From contig CATLAX010000001.1 in assembly GCA_949878575.1 (NCBI GenBank), positions 202,752-266,751 of the forward strand: a stretch of 64,000 nt of DNA. Direction: 5' to 3'. The translations under genes were made by a program, and so were the position numbers. Under the pieces are notes generated by a model. That model was given only the letters and a program-made list of their open reading frames with translations. It made no database searches and was not told the origin of the DNA. This document shows positions 55,552 through 64,000 of this stretch, piece after piece; positions within the stretch are counted from its first letter, which is position 1, and each line of letters begins with the position of its first letter. The stretch comes from an uncultured Alphaproteobacteria bacterium. GTDB taxonomy: Bacteria > Pseudomonadota > Alphaproteobacteria > Rs-D84.

Positions 55552-57831
55552 ATGCGGTGTTTGCTGAAAGTGTTTGGTGTATCATTTGTTGCCGCGGGCA
55601 TATTCGGGGGGGCTTGTTCCGTGCATGCCGCGGATTCTGTGGGGCGTGGGTATAACAATCCGGCCTATCAAAACCGCGCAGGCATGACCGGGTCGCAGCG
55701 TATGCCGACAATGCCGACGCTGTCTATAAATACTGTTGGAAATTTGTCGCCGAATTTACCGTCTGACGGCGGCTTAAACGGGGGCAATACAAATCCGGAA
55801 ACAAAATGCCCGCCAGAGGCAACAGGGGTGTATCCTGATTGCGAATGCCCTGAGGGAAAAATATACAATAAGCAGACCAATACCTGTGATGCGTGTGAAT
55901 ATGCCGGCCAGATTGTCGTGGACGGCAAGTGTGTGTGTCCGGACGGCACGCACGAAGATGCGGATACAAAATCATGTGTTAAGGATTCAGAGTGTCCCGA
56001 CGGTGGTGTGAAAAATTCCGATTATACTGTTACAGACTGTATGACGGATATATATGCATGTGTAAACAACGGCGGACTGCCCAATGGTATTAACGACTTG
56101 TTTAACGAAGACCTGCGTCACAGCATTGAAAACGGAATGGCGCTGTGCAGTGTTCAGGTTGAAAAGTGCGTCACGGAAATTCGTCGCGATTGTAAAAACA
56201 TTTACCGTTCCGCCGCGGATGTGTGGATTGATTTCAATGCCCGCCGGGTGCAGCCGGAATATTACAATTATGTGCTGCGTAAAACGGGCTTGACACCGAA
56301 CCAGGCGGAAAATACATGCCTGTTGCTGGATAGAAACACATACGGCCCGTCGTTTGCGGCGGTTGCAAATAACGGGTCCACGACCGCGGAATACAATAAT
56401 CGCGTGGGGGCCTTTAACAGCCAGCAGGGTAATGTTTTAATCAAGAAAAATCCGCAGGGGGTAAAGGTAAATTCCGGCCATGCCGGCGTTGACGGCGCAC
56501 GCGGTCATTATGCGCGATGGGATGCGGCGACGGCGGATTGCTATCTGCGCGTTGCGGCATATAACAAGGATAACCAGATTAAAAACAGCTGGCTGTTCGG
56601 GGCGGCCGGAAACGACCAACCGGCCGAGGCCTGGAAGGCCGCAGGTGACACCTTTACCTGTAACAAGGATCTGTTTGGCTTTTCTTTGATGAACGATACC
56701 AGCACGGCGGCCGTTGTCGGAATTGGCGGCGGAACACTGGTTGGGGCCGGTGTCGGCGCATTGGCGGGACATGGTGCGCGCGAATTTGACTGTACAAACG
56801 ACGGACATCGCAAAAAACTGGCCGAACAGTTGCGCAAGGCCGGCCAGGTGGCCATCTTGAACGAATACCTGATGATCCCGGTACTGGACGGTACAAGTGA
56901 TATAAGTCTGTCCCAGTGCCGTGAAATTGCCGACCTGTATCAGACTTATATCCAAATAATTGCGGCAATCGGCGAATGTGAAACCGCCGCCGGCGACGCT
57001 GTTAAGGTGACAGGGGCAACATCCTCCAAGGTAAGTATCAAGTGTCAATTTAGCGGAAATATTGCAAATGCAAGTGTTGAGCAAAAGAAAAAAGTATATG
57101 ATGAATGTTTTAAAAAATCCGGTAATTCCACTGTGGCCAAACACTGTGTCGGACGCGGCTTTACATCCGAAAAGGAATGTGCGGATTATTTGGTAAAAAA
57201 TAATCTGTTGCCGAATGTGGACAGCATGATAAAAGAGATAGAAAATGCTGATAACAGCAAGTGCAGCTTTAAACCGTTGAATTTGGCGATGGCCTCCGGC
57301 GGCAGCATATACTGCAATGAAAAATCCGGATGTGTCACGCCGGCGGAAATGCGTCGCCAGGTTGCGCGTCTGGGCGGGGTGTTCGGCAATCTGCAGATTT
57401 TGGCGGGTGAAAAAAACAACCGCGCGAAAACGACGCTGATCGGCGCCGGTGTTGGTGCGGGGGCAGGTGGAATTGCAACCGGCATCACGGCATTGATAGA
57501 ACACAACAATATTAACTGCCGCGTGGGTGACGGTTTGGCAAAGGTCGGATACGGCAAATCACACTCCATAGGGTCGCTGAAAGATTTCTATGTAAAATGG
57601 AATCTGCAGCTGCCGGATACGGTTGCGCCGACAGGGCTGGCCAACGACTGCAATTCTTGGCGTGCATTGTGCGGTGCGTTGACGGATGAACGTTCATGCA
57701 ACGCCGCCCAGATAAATTATCGCGGGCCAGAGGACAAGACCATAACGCTTATCCGGTCGGCATGCAAAATGTCTGGCAGTCGGTGTATAGAAAATTATTC
57801 CGTTGCAAAATCGTACGGCGCATGTGAATAA
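55552..57831 (+). CDS. large secreted cysteine-rich protein C (CRP-C) with two glycine-zipper-like segments
   Basis: Signal peptide ...GGACSVHA|AD. CPPEATGVYPDCECPEGKIYNKQTNTCDACEYAGQIVVDGKCVCPDGTHEDADTKSC. Glycine-zipper-like AAVVGIGGGTLVGAGVGALAGHG and LIGAGVGAGAGGIATGITAL. Confidence 0.8.
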   Translation: MRCLLKVFGVSFVAAGIFGGACSVHAADSVGRGYNNPAYQNRAGMTGSQRMPTMPTLSINTVGNLSPNLPSDGGLNGGNTNPETKCPPEATGVYPDCECPEGKIYNKQTNTCDACEYAGQIVVDGKCVCPDGTHEDADTKSCVKDSECPDGGVKNSDYTVTDCMTDIYACVNNGGLPNGINDLFNEDLRHSIENGMALCSVQVEKCVTEIRRDCKNIYRSAADVWIDFNARRVQPEYYNYVLRKTGLTPNQAENTCLLLDRNTYGPSFAAVANNGSTTAEYNNRVGAFNSQQGNVLIKKNPQGVKVNSGHAGVDGARGHYARWDAATADCYLRVAAYNKDNQIKNSWLFGAAGNDQPAEAWKAAGDTFTCNKDLFGFSLMNDTSTAAVVGIGGGTLVGAGVGALAGHGAREFDCTNDGHRKKLAEQLRKAGQVAILNEYLMIPVLDGTSDISLSQCREIADLYQTYIQIIAAIGECETAAGDAVKVTGATSSKVSIKCQFSGNIANASVEQKKKVYDECFKKSGNSTVAKHCVGRGFTSEKECADYLVKNNLLPNVDSMIKEIENADNSKCSFKPLNLAMASGGSIYCNEKSGCVTPAEMRRQVARLGGVFGNLQILAGEKNNRAKTTLIGAGVGAGAGGIATGITALIEHNNINCRVGDGLAKVGYGKSHSIGSLKDFYVKWNLQLPDTVAPTGLANDCNSWRALCGALTDERSCNAAQINYRGPEDKTITLIRSACKMSGSRCIENYSVAKSYGACE

Positions 57832-57860
57832 AAAGTCCCCCGTTATCGGGGGATTTTTAT
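57832..57860 (+). terminator. rho-independent terminator after CRP-C
   Basis: tcccccg ttat cggggga ttttt. Confidence 0.8.
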
Positions 57861-58075
57861 TGTTTGCGGCAATGCGTGTCCAATGTGTGGGCAATGTGAC
57901 GGTGGTGTGGCATTTACCGAAATGGTGCTGTATTATGTTTTTGTCGCGGGCAGGTGGCCGGCGCGCGCTTTCTGTTTGTATGCCACGCATATATGTAATT
58001 CCGGGGGGAACGATTGTTTGCAAAAATTTTGCGGTTATGTAACAAGCGCGGTCGGTGTCGTATATAATATTTCTT

Positions 58076-58107
58076 TTTATAAAAATCCCCGCGCATATGC
58101 GCGGGGG
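58076..58107 (-). terminator. rho-independent terminator after ccrM
   Basis: tccccgcgcat atgcgcgggga palindrome. On the minus strand it is followed by tttttataaaaa. Confidence 0.7.
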
Positions 58108-58133
58108 ACAGACCAAACTTTGTTTTTGCCGGA

Positions 58134-59234
58134 TTACGCGGCTTTTTTCATATCCTGTTTTATGCCGCGCAGATATTTGCGCAGTTCGTCAATCGGAACC
58201 AGCGTGCCGTCACGGCGTTCTGCCGACCAGTAATCCCATCCGTTAAAGCTGACACTGTGTTGCAGACGCGCCGCCATTACGTGAATTGAGGCCTTGCCGT
58301 GCAGTGTGTGGGTTAATTGGCCGTCGCGTGTTATCATGACGCGCGCGCCGCGCGGGGATACCAGTGTCTGGCCCACATACAGCAGGCCGGCGTCAATTAG
58401 TTCCTTAAAGGCGATGCGTGCCTCGGCCCGTTTGGGGGCGGCAACCTCTATTTCAGACAGATCGGCCGGTATTGTGTTTTCAACACGGCGGCGTGCGGCC
58501 GCAACGTATGATTCTTCGCGTTCAAATCCTATGAAATTGCGCCCCAGTTCGCGTGCGGCGGCGGCGGTGGTGCCACTGCCCATGAACGGGTCAAGGATAA
58601 TGTCACCCGGTCTGGTTGAAGACAGTATTACACGCCGCAACAAATCCATGGGTTTCTGGGTGTTGTGCAAACTTTTGCCGTCGGCGCCTTTGACGCGTTC
58701 TTCGCCCAGGCAGATGTTTATGTCCCAGTCGGAACGCATCTGTTTGCCGCCGTTCATTTTTTTCATTGTTTCATAATTAAATGTGTATTTTCCGGTTTTC
58801 TGCGGTGTCGCCCATATCAAGGTTTCATGGGCGTTTGTAAAACGCGTTCCGCGAAAGTTTGGCATGGGATTTGTTTTTACCCATACTATGTCGTTTAAAA
58901 TCCAAAAGCCTAAATCTTGCAATATTGCGCCAACGCGGAAAATATTGTGATAGCTGCCGATGACCCACATGGCGCCGTCGGGCTTTAGAACGCGTTTGCA
59001 CTCGCTTAGCCAGGCGCGTGTAAATTTGTCGTATTCGGCCGGACTGTCAAATGCATCCCATGCGTCGCGTACGGCGCGCGCGGCTGTTTGGTCTTCGGGG
59101 CGGTACAGTGTTTTTGCGCCCAGTTGCAGGTTATACGGACTGTCGGCGAAAACGGCGTCAATAGAATTGTCCGGAAGCCCGCGCATCATTTCAATGCAGT
59201 CGCCCGCTAAAATCTTGTTCAGGTATTTTTCCAT
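58134..59234 (-). CDS. ccrM: CcrM-like beta-class N6-adenine DNA methyltransferase (GANTC-type family) with a DSPY variant of motif IV
   Basis: N-terminal ILAGDCIEMMRGLPDNSIDAVFADSPYNLQL. FxGxG AdoMet motif LDPFMGSGTTAAAA near the C-terminal third (beta-class order). About 80 aa of extra C-terminal domain, as in CcrM. Confidence 0.85.
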   Translation of the reverse strand: MEKYLNKILAGDCIEMMRGLPDNSIDAVFADSPYNLQLGAKTLYRPEDQTAARAVRDAWDAFDSPAEYDKFTRAWLSECKRVLKPDGAMWVIGSYHNIFRVGAILQDLGFWILNDIVWVKTNPMPNFRGTRFTNAHETLIWATPQKTGKYTFNYETMKKMNGGKQMRSDWDINICLGEERVKGADGKSLHNTQKPMDLLRRVILSSTRPGDIILDPFMGSGTTAAAARELGRNFIGFEREESYVAAARRRVENTIPADLSEIEVAAPKRAEARIAFKELIDAGLLYVGQTLVSPRGARVMITRDGQLTHTLHGKASIHVMAARLQHSVSFNGWDYWSAERRDGTLVPIDELRKYLRGIKQDMKKAA

Positions 59235-59404
59235 CTCTCTCTGCTTGATTTAATTTTATCATATTTTGATGTATAAAAAAATGCAGGCTGGCGGGGTGGC
59301 GGGTAAAAAATGTCTTGATTTTTATAAAAAGGTGATTTTTTTAATGTTTTTGATTTGCAAATTGTTCTTGCACCGGCGGCTTTAGATTGCTACCGTACCA
59401 TAAT

Positions 59405-59905
59405 ATGAGATGCCCATACTGCAATTCAACCGACAGCCGGGTTACGGATTCCCGCCCGGATACAGAGGATGCGATTATCCGCCGCCGCCGTGTATGCAAC
59501 GATTGCGGTGCCAAATTTACCACGGTGGAACGTGTTCAAATGCGTGATTTGATGGTGCGCAAGAACAGTGGCAAGACAGAGGCGTTTGATCGTGAAAAAC
59601 TGCGTCGCAGTATAAAGCTGGCGTGCAGAAATCGTGATGTGGGCGATGAACAGATTGAAAAGCTGGTGACGTCAATTCACCGGCGGTTGGAAACAGAAAC
59701 GGCCGATGATACGGTGACAAGCGCCATGGTCGGCCAGATGGTCTCTGATTCTTTGTTGAATCTGGACCCCATTGCGTTTGTGCGGTTTGCATCCGTATAT
59801 CGCAAGTTTTCGCGTATTTCCGACTTTAAAAAGATTATAGAGCAAATTCCAGAGGCGGACGATGACGCGGTTGTGTGCCAACTGCCAAAAACATCGCTGT
59901 TTTAA
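59405..59905 (+). CDS. nrdR: transcriptional repressor NrdR
   Basis: MRCPYCNSTDSRVTDSRP...RRRRVCNDCGAKFTTVE zinc ribbon plus an ATP-cone. Confidence 0.93.
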   Translation: MRCPYCNSTDSRVTDSRPDTEDAIIRRRRVCNDCGAKFTTVERVQMRDLMVRKNSGKTEAFDREKLRRSIKLACRNRDVGDEQIEKLVTSIHRRLETETADDTVTSAMVGQMVSDSLLNLDPIAFVRFASVYRKFSRISDFKKIIEQIPEADDDAVVCQLPKTSLF

Positions 59906-59908
59906 ATT

Positions 59909-61633
59909 ATGAGAAAGATTTTTGCATTTTTATTTGCTATAATAATGCCGGTGACAGCCATGGCTGTTGGAACGGCGGATGTCTTGGATGATGAAAACGC
60001 CAGTCTGTACAGCCAGATTTTTGCCTTACAGGACAAAGAAAAGATTGACGCCGCGATGCGTCTTGAAAAGCAGCTTAGCGATGATTTACTGATGGGTGAG
60101 GTATTGTATCAGCGCTATATTTCCAAAACGTATCATACAAAGGGGCGCGAGGTTGCCGCGTGGCAGGAAAAGTATTACAATACCCCCGGTGCAGAACGCA
60201 TGGAAAAACTGGCTAAAATCAAAAAGGTTAAGGTGCGGTCGGCAAAATTGCCGCGCACGATAACCGGTACGGCATCAATAGAGGCAGCGCAGTCGGAAAC
60301 ATGGACTGCGAAAAAATATTCCGGGGTGACGGCCAAAAAAATAAACAAATTCAAAAGTGCCATCCGCGGCGGCAGTACAAAGGCGGCCCGTAATATTTTG
60401 GAGGACGGTGCATTCCGCAAAAAATTAACAGAATCGGATTACGGCCGTTTGGCCGGTCGCCTGGCATATGTTTATTATACGAACGGCGAATACGAACTGG
60501 CAAAAAAATGGGGATTTGTCGCATCTGATGCAGAATCGGAATACGGATTGTGGACGATGGGGCTGCTGTATTTTAAGGAAGAAAACTTTGCGGAAAGTGA
60601 AAAATATTTCAGCCGTATTTTGGATTTGGGACAAATAAATAACGCGCGCAAGACAGAGGCGGCGTTCTGGGCCGGCCGTGCCGCGGATTCAAACGGTGAT
60701 AATGCGGCGGCGCGTGAATACTGGGCGGTGGCCTCTGCGCATCCGATGGCTTTTTACGGGGCCCTGTCGGCAACAATGCTGGGGCAGGTGCCGCAGTATG
60801 AATTTTTTGAGCAGGATTGCACCGATGATGACTTTGACGCCCTGCGTGAAACAAAATACGGCAAGATTGGACTGGCTTTGTTGCAGGTGGGCCAGACCGG
60901 GCGTGCCGAACAGTATTTGAAACTGTTAATCACATCCAGTGTTTCCGACAGGACGCTGCATGCGGTAAACTCTGTGGCGACGGCATACGGAATGCCGCGT
61001 CTGGCAATTCAAGCGTCAGGGGTTGTGCGCGACCGCGGTATTTTGGAAATTGATGACAATATTATTTATTCTGCTCAATATCCGTTGCCGGACTGGGAAC
61101 CCATGGGCGGATGGTCCATTGACAGGGCTCTGCTGCTGGCGATTACGAAACAGGAAAGCAATTTCCGGGCAAATGCGAAATCCGTCGCCGGGGCCAGCGG
61201 TGTTATGCAGCTAATGCCCAGCACGGCGCGTTTGGTTGCACGCAACAACAATGTTTCAATGGCCAGCATTGATATTTCCAACCCGGAACACAATATGTTT
61301 TTAGGACAGCAGTATATTGTGGATCTGCTGGCGCATCCAAATGTTGAAAACAATATAATCAAGATGCTGGTTGCGTATAATGCCGGCATGGGAACGCTGG
61401 TAAAGTTTGAAAAGGGGTTTGATACATATGATCCGCTGTTGTATATAGAAAGTTTCCCGGCATATGAAACCCGTGGTTATATCAAGCGCGTGATGTCAAA
61501 CATGTGGCTGTATCGTGCGCGATTAAATCAGCCGTTAACGTCAATGCGTGAACTGGCCGATGGTGACTGGCCACTGTATAACAGCGAGGATGAATACGTT
61601 CAAAAGCAAATTGCCGACCGCATGGCGATATAA
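59909..61633 (+). CDS. soluble lytic murein transglycosylase (Slt family)
   Basis: Signal peptide. Superhelical repeat region. Catalytic block LLLAITKQESNFRANAKSVAGASGVMQLMPSTA and AYNAG. Confidence 0.88.
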   Translation: MRKIFAFLFAIIMPVTAMAVGTADVLDDENASLYSQIFALQDKEKIDAAMRLEKQLSDDLLMGEVLYQRYISKTYHTKGREVAAWQEKYYNTPGAERMEKLAKIKKVKVRSAKLPRTITGTASIEAAQSETWTAKKYSGVTAKKINKFKSAIRGGSTKAARNILEDGAFRKKLTESDYGRLAGRLAYVYYTNGEYELAKKWGFVASDAESEYGLWTMGLLYFKEENFAESEKYFSRILDLGQINNARKTEAAFWAGRAADSNGDNAAAREYWAVASAHPMAFYGALSATMLGQVPQYEFFEQDCTDDDFDALRETKYGKIGLALLQVGQTGRAEQYLKLLITSSVSDRTLHAVNSVATAYGMPRLAIQASGVVRDRGILEIDDNIIYSAQYPLPDWEPMGGWSIDRALLLAITKQESNFRANAKSVAGASGVMQLMPSTARLVARNNNVSMASIDISNPEHNMFLGQQYIVDLLAHPNVENNIIKMLVAYNAGMGTLVKFEKGFDTYDPLLYIESFPAYETRGYIKRVMSNMWLYRARLNQPLTSMRELADGDWPLYNSEDEYVQKQIADRMAI

Positions 61634-61758
61634 ATAAAGGCAATAACCATTTTGAAATAATGATGTAATAAATATTGCCACAAGCATGCGTTCATGGAAC
61701 GCGTTAGGGGTCAAATAAAGATCTGATTTTTGACTGTAAATTGTCCGGGACAATCAAT

Positions 61759-61787
61759 AAAAAAGCATACGTTTGGTATGCTTTTTA
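61759..61787. terminator. bidirectional rho-independent terminator
   Basis: aaaagcatac gtttg gtatgcttttt between convergent genes. Confidence 0.65.
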
Positions 61788-61806
61788 TGTTCTTTGCCTT
61801 GAATGG

Positions 61807-62301
61807 TTATTTTTGGTTGCGGTTATCCGAATACACCCGGTATGCGCGCACGACGCAGTATATTGCCGCGGCAAGTGAACTTAAACCGGCGGCGGCGGAT
61901 GATGCGGGTTGTGTGTCCCCTGTCATAATGTTCTTAATCATTTGAACCGTGTATCCGGTGGCGATACCGCTTAATGTCAAATATGCGATAATAAGGCCTG
62001 TTGTTCCGTGGGCGGACCGTGATTTTGCCGCCCGGTTCTGTGGCGTGATATTCATTGTCGCCATCAGTCTGTTTAAATTCTGTTTCGCCGTGCGCGCCTG
62101 CTTTAGATGGCCCCGGCCGTTGTTTAGAAAAAAGCCGCCAACGCACCCCAACAACAACGCCTGAGGCAGCTGATTTGTTGTCGCCATATATACCGCCATC
62201 GGCATCATACAGGCAAATACCGCAAATTCACACAGAGCGTACACCCTGGATGATCGTACGGTTGCCATCAGCCGTTTTATATCACTTGGTGTATTTTTCA
62301 T
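61807..62301 (-). CDS. hypothetical multi-TM membrane protein (164 aa)
   Basis: About four hydrophobic segments. The start is 7 nt after the upstream stop. Confidence 0.5.
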   Translation of the reverse strand: MKNTPSDIKRLMATVRSSRVYALCEFAVFACMMPMAVYMATTNQLPQALLLGCVGGFFLNNGRGHLKQARTAKQNLNRLMATMNITPQNRAAKSRSAHGTTGLIIAYLTLSGIATGYTVQMIKNIMTGDTQPASSAAAGLSSLAAAIYCVVRAYRVYSDNRNQK

Positions 62302-62308
62302 TTTATAG

Positions 62309-62521
62309 TTATTTTTGTTTCTGATTATATTTTTCGCGCATTATTGCAAGAATTCTGTGTGCGGACAGGCAAAACGCCCCCGTCGTCATAATAAGCAATG
62401 CCGCCGTGTTGTCATCCAGACCGTGTTCATTAACGTATTTGATTAATTTTGCCAATATGCCGACGGACATGCCGTTGCCAAAAATATACAAGCATAAAAA
62501 GTAATTGTTTCTATTTTTCAT
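62309..62521 (-). CDS. hypothetical small two-TM membrane protein (70 aa from the internal ATG)
   Basis: MKNRNNYFLCLYIFGNGMSVGILAKL...LLIMTTGAFCLSA. The internal start avoids overlap with the CRP-D 3-prime end. Confidence 0.4.
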   Translation of the reverse strand: MKNRNNYFLCLYIFGNGMSVGILAKLIKYVNEHGLDDNTAALLIMTTGAFCLSAHRILAIMREKYNQKQK

Positions 62522-62564
62522 GCCCGTATTATTGACATTTATTTTTGTGTTTGTCAACGGTTCC

Positions 62565-63221
62565 TTACCAGTCACTCTGATAGCATGCCGGTGAATACTT
62601 AAAACTGCCGGTTCCGTCACTGCCGGTCGTGCCAGATGGAATATAGCATTTTGCTATGGTGGAATTATTATTTACAGCTGACGTTGTAGTCTCACCGTTG
62701 GGGCCGCTGGGACATTTTGTGCATCCGGATGTTCCGTTAGAGGTTGTGCCGTAATACCCGGCCGCGCATTTATATGTTGTTGATGATTTGCATGTTGCAA
62801 CACCGGTACTGCAACTACAATATCTGTTAATATCTTTTAAATACCCTGTTCCGTTTGTCACATTGTATTGTGGCTCACAATTGCTGCATATGCATTCACA
62901 GTTGCGGCATGTTATATTTGAACATGATGTACTAATATTCGTCATTGTATATCCCGCCGGACAAGAAACACAGTCTTGCTTGTAATATGTTTTACCTCCA
63001 CTTGTATAACATGTCTTGCTGCTTAGGGTACACTCTGCATAAACGGCACATAGCGCAAATTCATTCACCGTGTTTCCACTTGGACATGTTGTTGAGGAAC
63101 ATGAACCAGCGACCGGCTGCAGCTCCCCCAGATTTCCTGGATCAATGACTGCCGTGGTCGCAAATGCTGGCAACTGCAGCAATGCTATTGCGGTTATTAC
63201 AAACAATGACTGTATTTTCAT
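62565..63221 (-). CDS. secreted cysteine-rich protein D with CxxCPxG(Y) furin/ephrin-receptor-like repeats
   Basis: Signal peptide MKIQSLFVITAIALLQLPAFA|TT. CVSCPAGYT, CAAGYYGTTSNGTSGCTKCPSGPNG, CRNCECICSNCEP. Confidence 0.75.
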   Translation of the reverse strand: MKIQSLFVITAIALLQLPAFATTAVIDPGNLGELQPVAGSCSSTTCPSGNTVNEFALCAVYAECTLSSKTCYTSGGKTYYKQDCVSCPAGYTMTNISTSCSNITCRNCECICSNCEPQYNVTNGTGYLKDINRYCSCSTGVATCKSSTTYKCAAGYYGTTSNGTSGCTKCPSGPNGETTTSAVNNNSTIAKCYIPSGTTGSDGTGSFKYSPACYQSDW

Positions 63222-63402
63222 TTCTTACCCCCCGGATATTTTGCCCACAAAAAAGGAACGTTTTTTTTGGTTGTTTTTTACCGTTGACAACACTTGAATT
63301 TCTGGGATAAACTTAACTCATAAAAAAAACGTTCCCTTTTATTAGGCATATTCAAAAAACAATAATTTTTTGTTATTACTTAATAAACATCCCTGTTGTA
63401 AC

Positions 63403-63436
63403 AATAAAAAATACGCCCAAAAAAATTTGGGCGTAT
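63403..63436 (-). terminator. rho-independent terminator after clpX
   Basis: atacgcccaaa ... tttgggcgtat. T-run on the minus strand. Confidence 0.65.
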
Positions 63437-63453
63437 TGTATTCATGGTATTAT

Positions 63454-64000
63454 TTATGCCGCTTTTTTTGCGTCTTTTAAAATTTCAACCGGCGGTTTGG
63501 TGCCTGTCACCACGTCTTTGTCTACCACAATTTCAGCCAGGTCTTCCTTGTCCGGGGCATCAAACATGACAGGCATTAAAATCTTTTCCAGAATACTGCG
63601 CAGACCGCGGGCCCCCGTTTTGCGCGCAACCGCCATTTTTGCAATTTGGCGCAGACCGTCGTCCGTGATGTTTAAACGAACATCGTCCATTTCCAGCATT
63701 GCCGCAAATTGTTTTACCACGGCGTTTTTCGGTTGCGTCAATATTTGAACCAGCGCATCTTCGTCCAATTCGCGCAGTGTTGTTATAACAGGCAGACGAC
63801 CGACCAATTCCGGAATAATTCCAAATTTTACCAGGTCTTCGGGTTGCACGTCGGACAGGTAGCTTTTTTCCTCGCGTTCCTGTTTTGAATGAACATCCGC
63901 CCCGAATCCGATACCGGCGCGGGCGCATGTACGCGTGCCGATAACTTTGTTTAATCCGTCAAACGCACCGCCGCAAATGAACAATATTTTGCTGGTGTCC
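63454..64000 (-). CDS. clpX: ATP-dependent Clp protease ATP-binding subunit ClpX, C-terminal part (gene continues past the window end)
   Basis: ...[16 protein letters not shown]...[44 protein letters not shown]...[11 protein letters not shown]. The frame is open to position 64000. Confidence 0.93.
   Translation of the reverse strand, partial: DTSKILFICGGAFDGLNKVIGTRTCARAGIGFGADVHSKQEREEKSYLSDVQPEDLVKFGIIPELVGRLPVITTLRELDEDALVQILTQPKNAVVKQFAAMLEMDDVRLNITDDGLRQIAKMAVARKTGARGLRSILEKILMPVMFDAPDKEDLAEIVVDKDVVTGTKPPVEILKDAKKAA

Noticed and set aside
48692-57569. Plus- or minus-strand shadow ORFs inside the cysteine-rich genes and the Pro-rich membrane protein gene (for example 48692-49162, 53045-53680, 53596-54168, 54456-55376, 56437-57504)
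   Set aside because: They lie opposite much longer ORFs that have signal peptides and conserved paralogous structure. Several are identical between CRP-A and CRP-B only because the underlying DNA is duplicated.
62309-62620. Full-length 103-aa version of the ORF overlapping the 3-prime end of CRP-D
   Set aside because: The first 33 codons overlap the CRP-D coding end by 56 nt and look non-hydrophobic and random. The internal ATG at 62521 gives a compact two-TM protein without overlap. Even this shorter call has low confidence.

Overview
This 64-kb chromosomal segment comes from a Gram-negative organism that looks alphaproteobacterial. That assignment is an inference from a CcrM-type adenine methyltransferase, TolB/Pal, acpP-fabF with mltG nearby, and an alpha operon without rpsD. 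I worked only by eye from the sequence and the ORF track, with no database search, so family names rest on recognised motifs.

Core content:
- tolB, then a convergent pal-ftsE-ftsX-DUF218-plsC operon
- yqaA, rbfA, a GNAT gene and lepA
- acpP-fabF, tRNA-Pro(CGG) and mltG
- a nearly complete str-S10-spc-alpha ribosomal superoperon (rpsL to rplQ, 27.5-48.2 kb)
- ccrM, nrdR, an Slt-type lytic transglycosylase, and the 3-prime part of clpX

Two accessory blocks stand out:
1. 6.7-14.6 kb holds five tandem genes with Sec signal peptides. They encode mosaic, phage-tail-fibre-like fibrous proteins, including a collagen-like G-X-Y tract and near-perfect 261/291-bp in-frame repeats. No other phage genes are nearby.
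2. 48.5-57.8 kb and 62.6-63.2 kb encode large secreted cysteine-rich proteins of no family I recognise. Two are tandem paralogs sharing a ~710-bp near-identical tract. Several carry glycine-zipper-like hydrophobic segments.

The ribosomal operon is also unusual. It has a diverged tandem second copy of L30 and an orphan ORF wedged between rplO and secY. There is no adk, infA or rpmJ between secY and rpsM. Two orphan genes break rpsK-rpoA, and a terminator-bearing 280-bp spacer lies between rpoA and rplQ.

Other points: a catalytically dead integrase relic between lepA and acpP, and a CcrM homolog whose DPPY motif reads DSPY.
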